Below, piece after piece: positions 61,514-64,000 of a stretch of 64,000 bases of DNA; position 1 is the first letter of the stretch, and each line of letters starts with the position of its first letter. The position numbers and the translations under genes are program-made. The notes below the pieces were generated by a model. It was not told where the DNA came from and did not search any database. It saw only the letters and a list, made by a program, of their open reading frames with translations. The DNA is from Anaeromyxobacteraceae bacterium (lineage in GTDB: Bacteria; Myxococcota; Myxococcia; Myxococcales; Anaeromyxobacteraceae). The stretch covers positions 768,001-832,000 of the forward strand of contig JASGHJ010000002.1 of NCBI GenBank assembly GCA_047602405.1, written 5' to 3'.

Positions 61514-62566
61514 TCAGCCCTCGCCGGCCTTCGGCGGCGACGGATCCACGGGCTGCGTGACGTCGAGCGGGCGGGGCTCGAGCGGCTCGAGGGGCTCGGG
61601 CGGCGGCGTGGGCTCGACCTGCGCCGGCAGGAGCGGCTCGGTCTGCGCGACGCGCGCGGCCTTCCTCGCGGCCTTCAGCGCCCTCCTCCGCGCGCGGTCG
61701 GCGCCGTCCCACGCGGCGAGCTCCGCGAGCGCGGCGAGGCGCACGGAGCGCCCCCACGCGACCGCGGCGGTCGCGAGCGTCGCGAGCACGAAGCCGGCCA
61801 CCGTCGACCACGCCGGCCAGAGCGGCAGCCGCCCGCGGAGCGCGAGCAGCGCCACCGCGATCGCGAGCGCGAGGCCGGTGCCCACCGCGCCGACGACGAT
61901 CGTCGCCACCGGCCGCCGGACGACCAGCCACGCGCCGGCGACCCAGGCGAGGAACGCGCTCCGCCGGCCGGGATCGGCGGCGAAGTGAGCGCGACCGGCG
62001 TCGAGGGTGAGGTGCGCGAGGAACACCACCGCCGCGGCGGCGGCGAGCGCCACGTACGAGCGCGCGTCGGCGGCCGACTCGAGCGTCACCCGCTTCGCGG
62101 CCTCCCCGCCCGCCTTCATGATGCCCCCCGCGATCGCCGCCGCGACGCCGAGCGGGAGCGCGGCGACGAGGAGCGTACGCACCATCCGGCCCCACAGGTC
62201 GCCGGCGGACGCGAGGAGCCCCCGCATCCGCATCGGCTCCGCCGCGCGCGCCTCGGCGAGCGCGGCGCCCGCGGACCACGGCGCGACGAGGAGCGCGAGC
62301 ACGAGCGCGGCGGCGAGGCCGTAGGTGATGGACCGGGAGAGGTTCTCGGCGTCGAAGAGGACCTCGAGGACCACCGGCGCCGTGAAGCCGCCCTCGAGCG
62401 CCGCGGCCCCGGGCCACGCGTCGAGCTTCTTCGCGAGGTGCGCCCAGAGCGGCGCGACGCCGGCGATCGACGGGAGGAGCGCGAGGCCGGAGAACAGCGC
62501 GAGCACCCGCCACCGGGAGCCGCGCGCGAGGCCGATCCGGAGGAGGCCGGGCAGGGTGGGCTTCAC
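61514..62566 (-). CDS. Hypothetical multi-pass membrane protein
   Basis: Multiple TM helices; GTGA coupling to the M1 peptidase stop. Confidence 0.7.
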   Translation of the reverse strand: MKPTLPGLLRIGLARGSRWRVLALFSGLALLPSIAGVAPLWAHLAKKLDAWPGAAALEGGFTAPVVLEVLFDAENLSRSITYGLAAALVLALLVAPWSAGAALAEARAAEPMRMRGLLASAGDLWGRMVRTLLVAALPLGVAAAIAGGIMKAGGEAAKRVTLESAADARSYVALAAAAAVVFLAHLTLDAGRAHFAADPGRRSAFLAWVAGAWLVVRRPVATIVVGAVGTGLALAIAVALLALRGRLPLWPAWSTVAGFVLATLATAAVAWGRSVRLAALAELAAWDGADRARRRALKAARKAARVAQTEPLLPAQVEPTPPPEPLEPLEPRPLDVTQPVDPSPPKAGEG

Positions 62567-64000
62567 AGGGCCTCCACGAGCGAGAGGACGACGCGCAGGA
62601 AGCTCTCGGCCCCGAGCGCGACGCGGGCGGACACGCCGTGGTCCGGCTCGCGGAGGCGCGCGGTCGCGGTGCGGTCCACCTCGAGCTGGAACCCCTTCCC
62701 GGGCGAGAGCGCCGCCTCGCGCACCTTCGTGTCGCGCACGACCTCGACGCGCATCCAGCGCTCGCCGGGCGGCCAGGGCACCCGCTCGGTCGAGCCGTCC
62801 ATGAACGTGAGCACCACGTCCCGCGGGAGGGCCGCGCCGTAGCGGCGGACCTTCACGACCGAGCGCCACTTGAAGGGCCCCGGCTTCTTCTCGTCCGGCG
62901 CGCCGTGCTCCTTCCGCCAGGCCTTGCGCACCTTCGACACCTGCTCGGCGCGCGCCTCGTCCTCGAGCTCCGCGAGCTTCCCGTCCGGGCCGGGCACGAG
63001 CCCGAGCACGGGCAGGACCTCGGCGCTCGCGACGCCCTCCACCCGATCGTCGACGGGCGTCGCCCCGAAGACCTGCTCCTCGAACCAGCGCTCGACGATC
63101 GCGCGGCGCGCGTCGGTGCCGGCGGCGTCGAGGAAGGCCTGGCGGAGGTCGGCGGTGGACGGGTGCCGGTGGTGCCAGCGCTGGTAGTAGAGCTTCATCG
63201 CCGCGGCGGCGGTCTCGTCGCCGATGAGGCCGGCGAGGTCCTGGAAGGCGGTCGCGGTGCGGCCGTAGACCATCCCGTAGCTCCCGCTCGACCAGCGGTG
63301 CCAGGCGTTCCCGGCGATGGTGTCGGCGGGGGTCCGATCGATCGCGCTCGGCCGCTCCGCGAACCAGCCGTCGAGCCGGAAGTCGGTCGCGCCGAGGAGC
63401 TTGAGCGGCGCGGGCGTCTTCATCTCCCACAGCTGGCCGTCGAGCATGCGGTTGTCCCACCACTCGTTGAGCCCCTCGTCGAGGAACGGCTCCTCGAACT
63501 CGTTCGAGGCGAGGAGGCCCATGAAGTACCCGTGCCCGAACTCGTGCACCGCGACGAAGCGGGCCGCGCCCACCGCGTTGAACGGGAAGGCGTTCGTCGC
63601 GGCGCTCGTGAAGAAGGTCTCGTACTCCATCCCGCCCGCCTCGAAGGCGTTGTACGGCGGCACGATCACCGTGACGTGCGGGTACGGGTAGGGCCCGAGG
63701 GTCCTCGAGAAGTAGCCGAGCGCGGCCACGGTCGCGTCGAGCGACTCCTGCGCGGCGGCGGCGTACTCGGGCGCGTAGAAGCACTCGACCTGCACCTCGG
63801 GGCTGCCCGGGCCCCGGTAGGTCGCGACGAGGGGCTTCGGGTAGCCGTCCCAGGCGGTGAAGACGACGTCGTGCACGTCCTCGACCCGGAACCGGTGCGT
63901 GACGAGCCCGTCCTTGCCGGGCTCGGCCGCCCCCTGCCGCACGCCGCTCGCCGCGACCGTGTAGCCGGCCGGCGCGACGACCTCGAGGTCGTACGCGCCG
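62563..64000 (-). CDS. M1 family metallopeptidase (5' end outside the window)
   Basis: GGMEY, HEFGH(x18)E and VYGRTA motifs. Confidence 0.9.
   Translation of the reverse strand, partial: GAYDLEVVAPAGYTVAASGVRQGAAEPGKDGLVTHRFRVEDVHDVVFTAWDGYPKPLVATYRGPGSPEVQVECFYAPEYAAAAQESLDATVAALGYFSRTLGPYPYPHVTVIVPPYNAFEAGGMEYETFFTSAATNAFPFNAVGAARFVAVHEFGHGYFMGLLASNEFEEPFLDEGLNEWWDNRMLDGQLWEMKTPAPLKLLGATDFRLDGWFAERPSAIDRTPADTIAGNAWHRWSSGSYGMVYGRTATAFQDLAGLIGDETAAAAMKLYYQRWHHRHPSTADLRQAFLDAAGTDARRAIVERWFEEQVFGATPVDDRVEGVASAEVLPVLGLVPGPDGKLAELEDEARAEQVSKVRKAWRKEHGAPDEKKPGPFKWRSVVKVRRYGAALPRDVVLTFMDGSTERVPWPPGERWMRVEVVRDTKVREAALSPGKGFQLEVDRTATARLREPDHGVSARVALGAESFLRVVLSLVEAL

Overview
High-GC window that looks like an Anaeromyxobacter-type (Myxococcota) genome; the tmRNA tag peptide reads ANEPMALAA. 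Ordinary content includes AraC/LysR/PadR regulators, thioredoxin, a selenocysteine formate dehydrogenase operon (in-frame TGA plus SECIS hairpin), acyl-CoA synthetase, infA, two-component genes, peptidases, ppk1 and an MCP. The mobile DNA is the most notable part. (1) A TIR-bounded 4.5 kb element (29492-33973, TA duplication) pairs an IS5-family DDE transposase with a large divergent TnpB-like RuvC nuclease, and has an ISAs1-family IS nested inside it with an 11 bp duplication. (2) A group II intron sits at the start codon of a LysR gene and recreates an ATG at its 3' end. (3) An array of short same-strand genes, each preceded by a 27 bp repeat, abuts the tmRNA 3' end. An IS5-type MITE, an IS3 remnant and REP-like palindromes are also present. 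Four single-base frameshifts may be sequencing errors. Gene calls rest on motif recognition only; no database searches were run.
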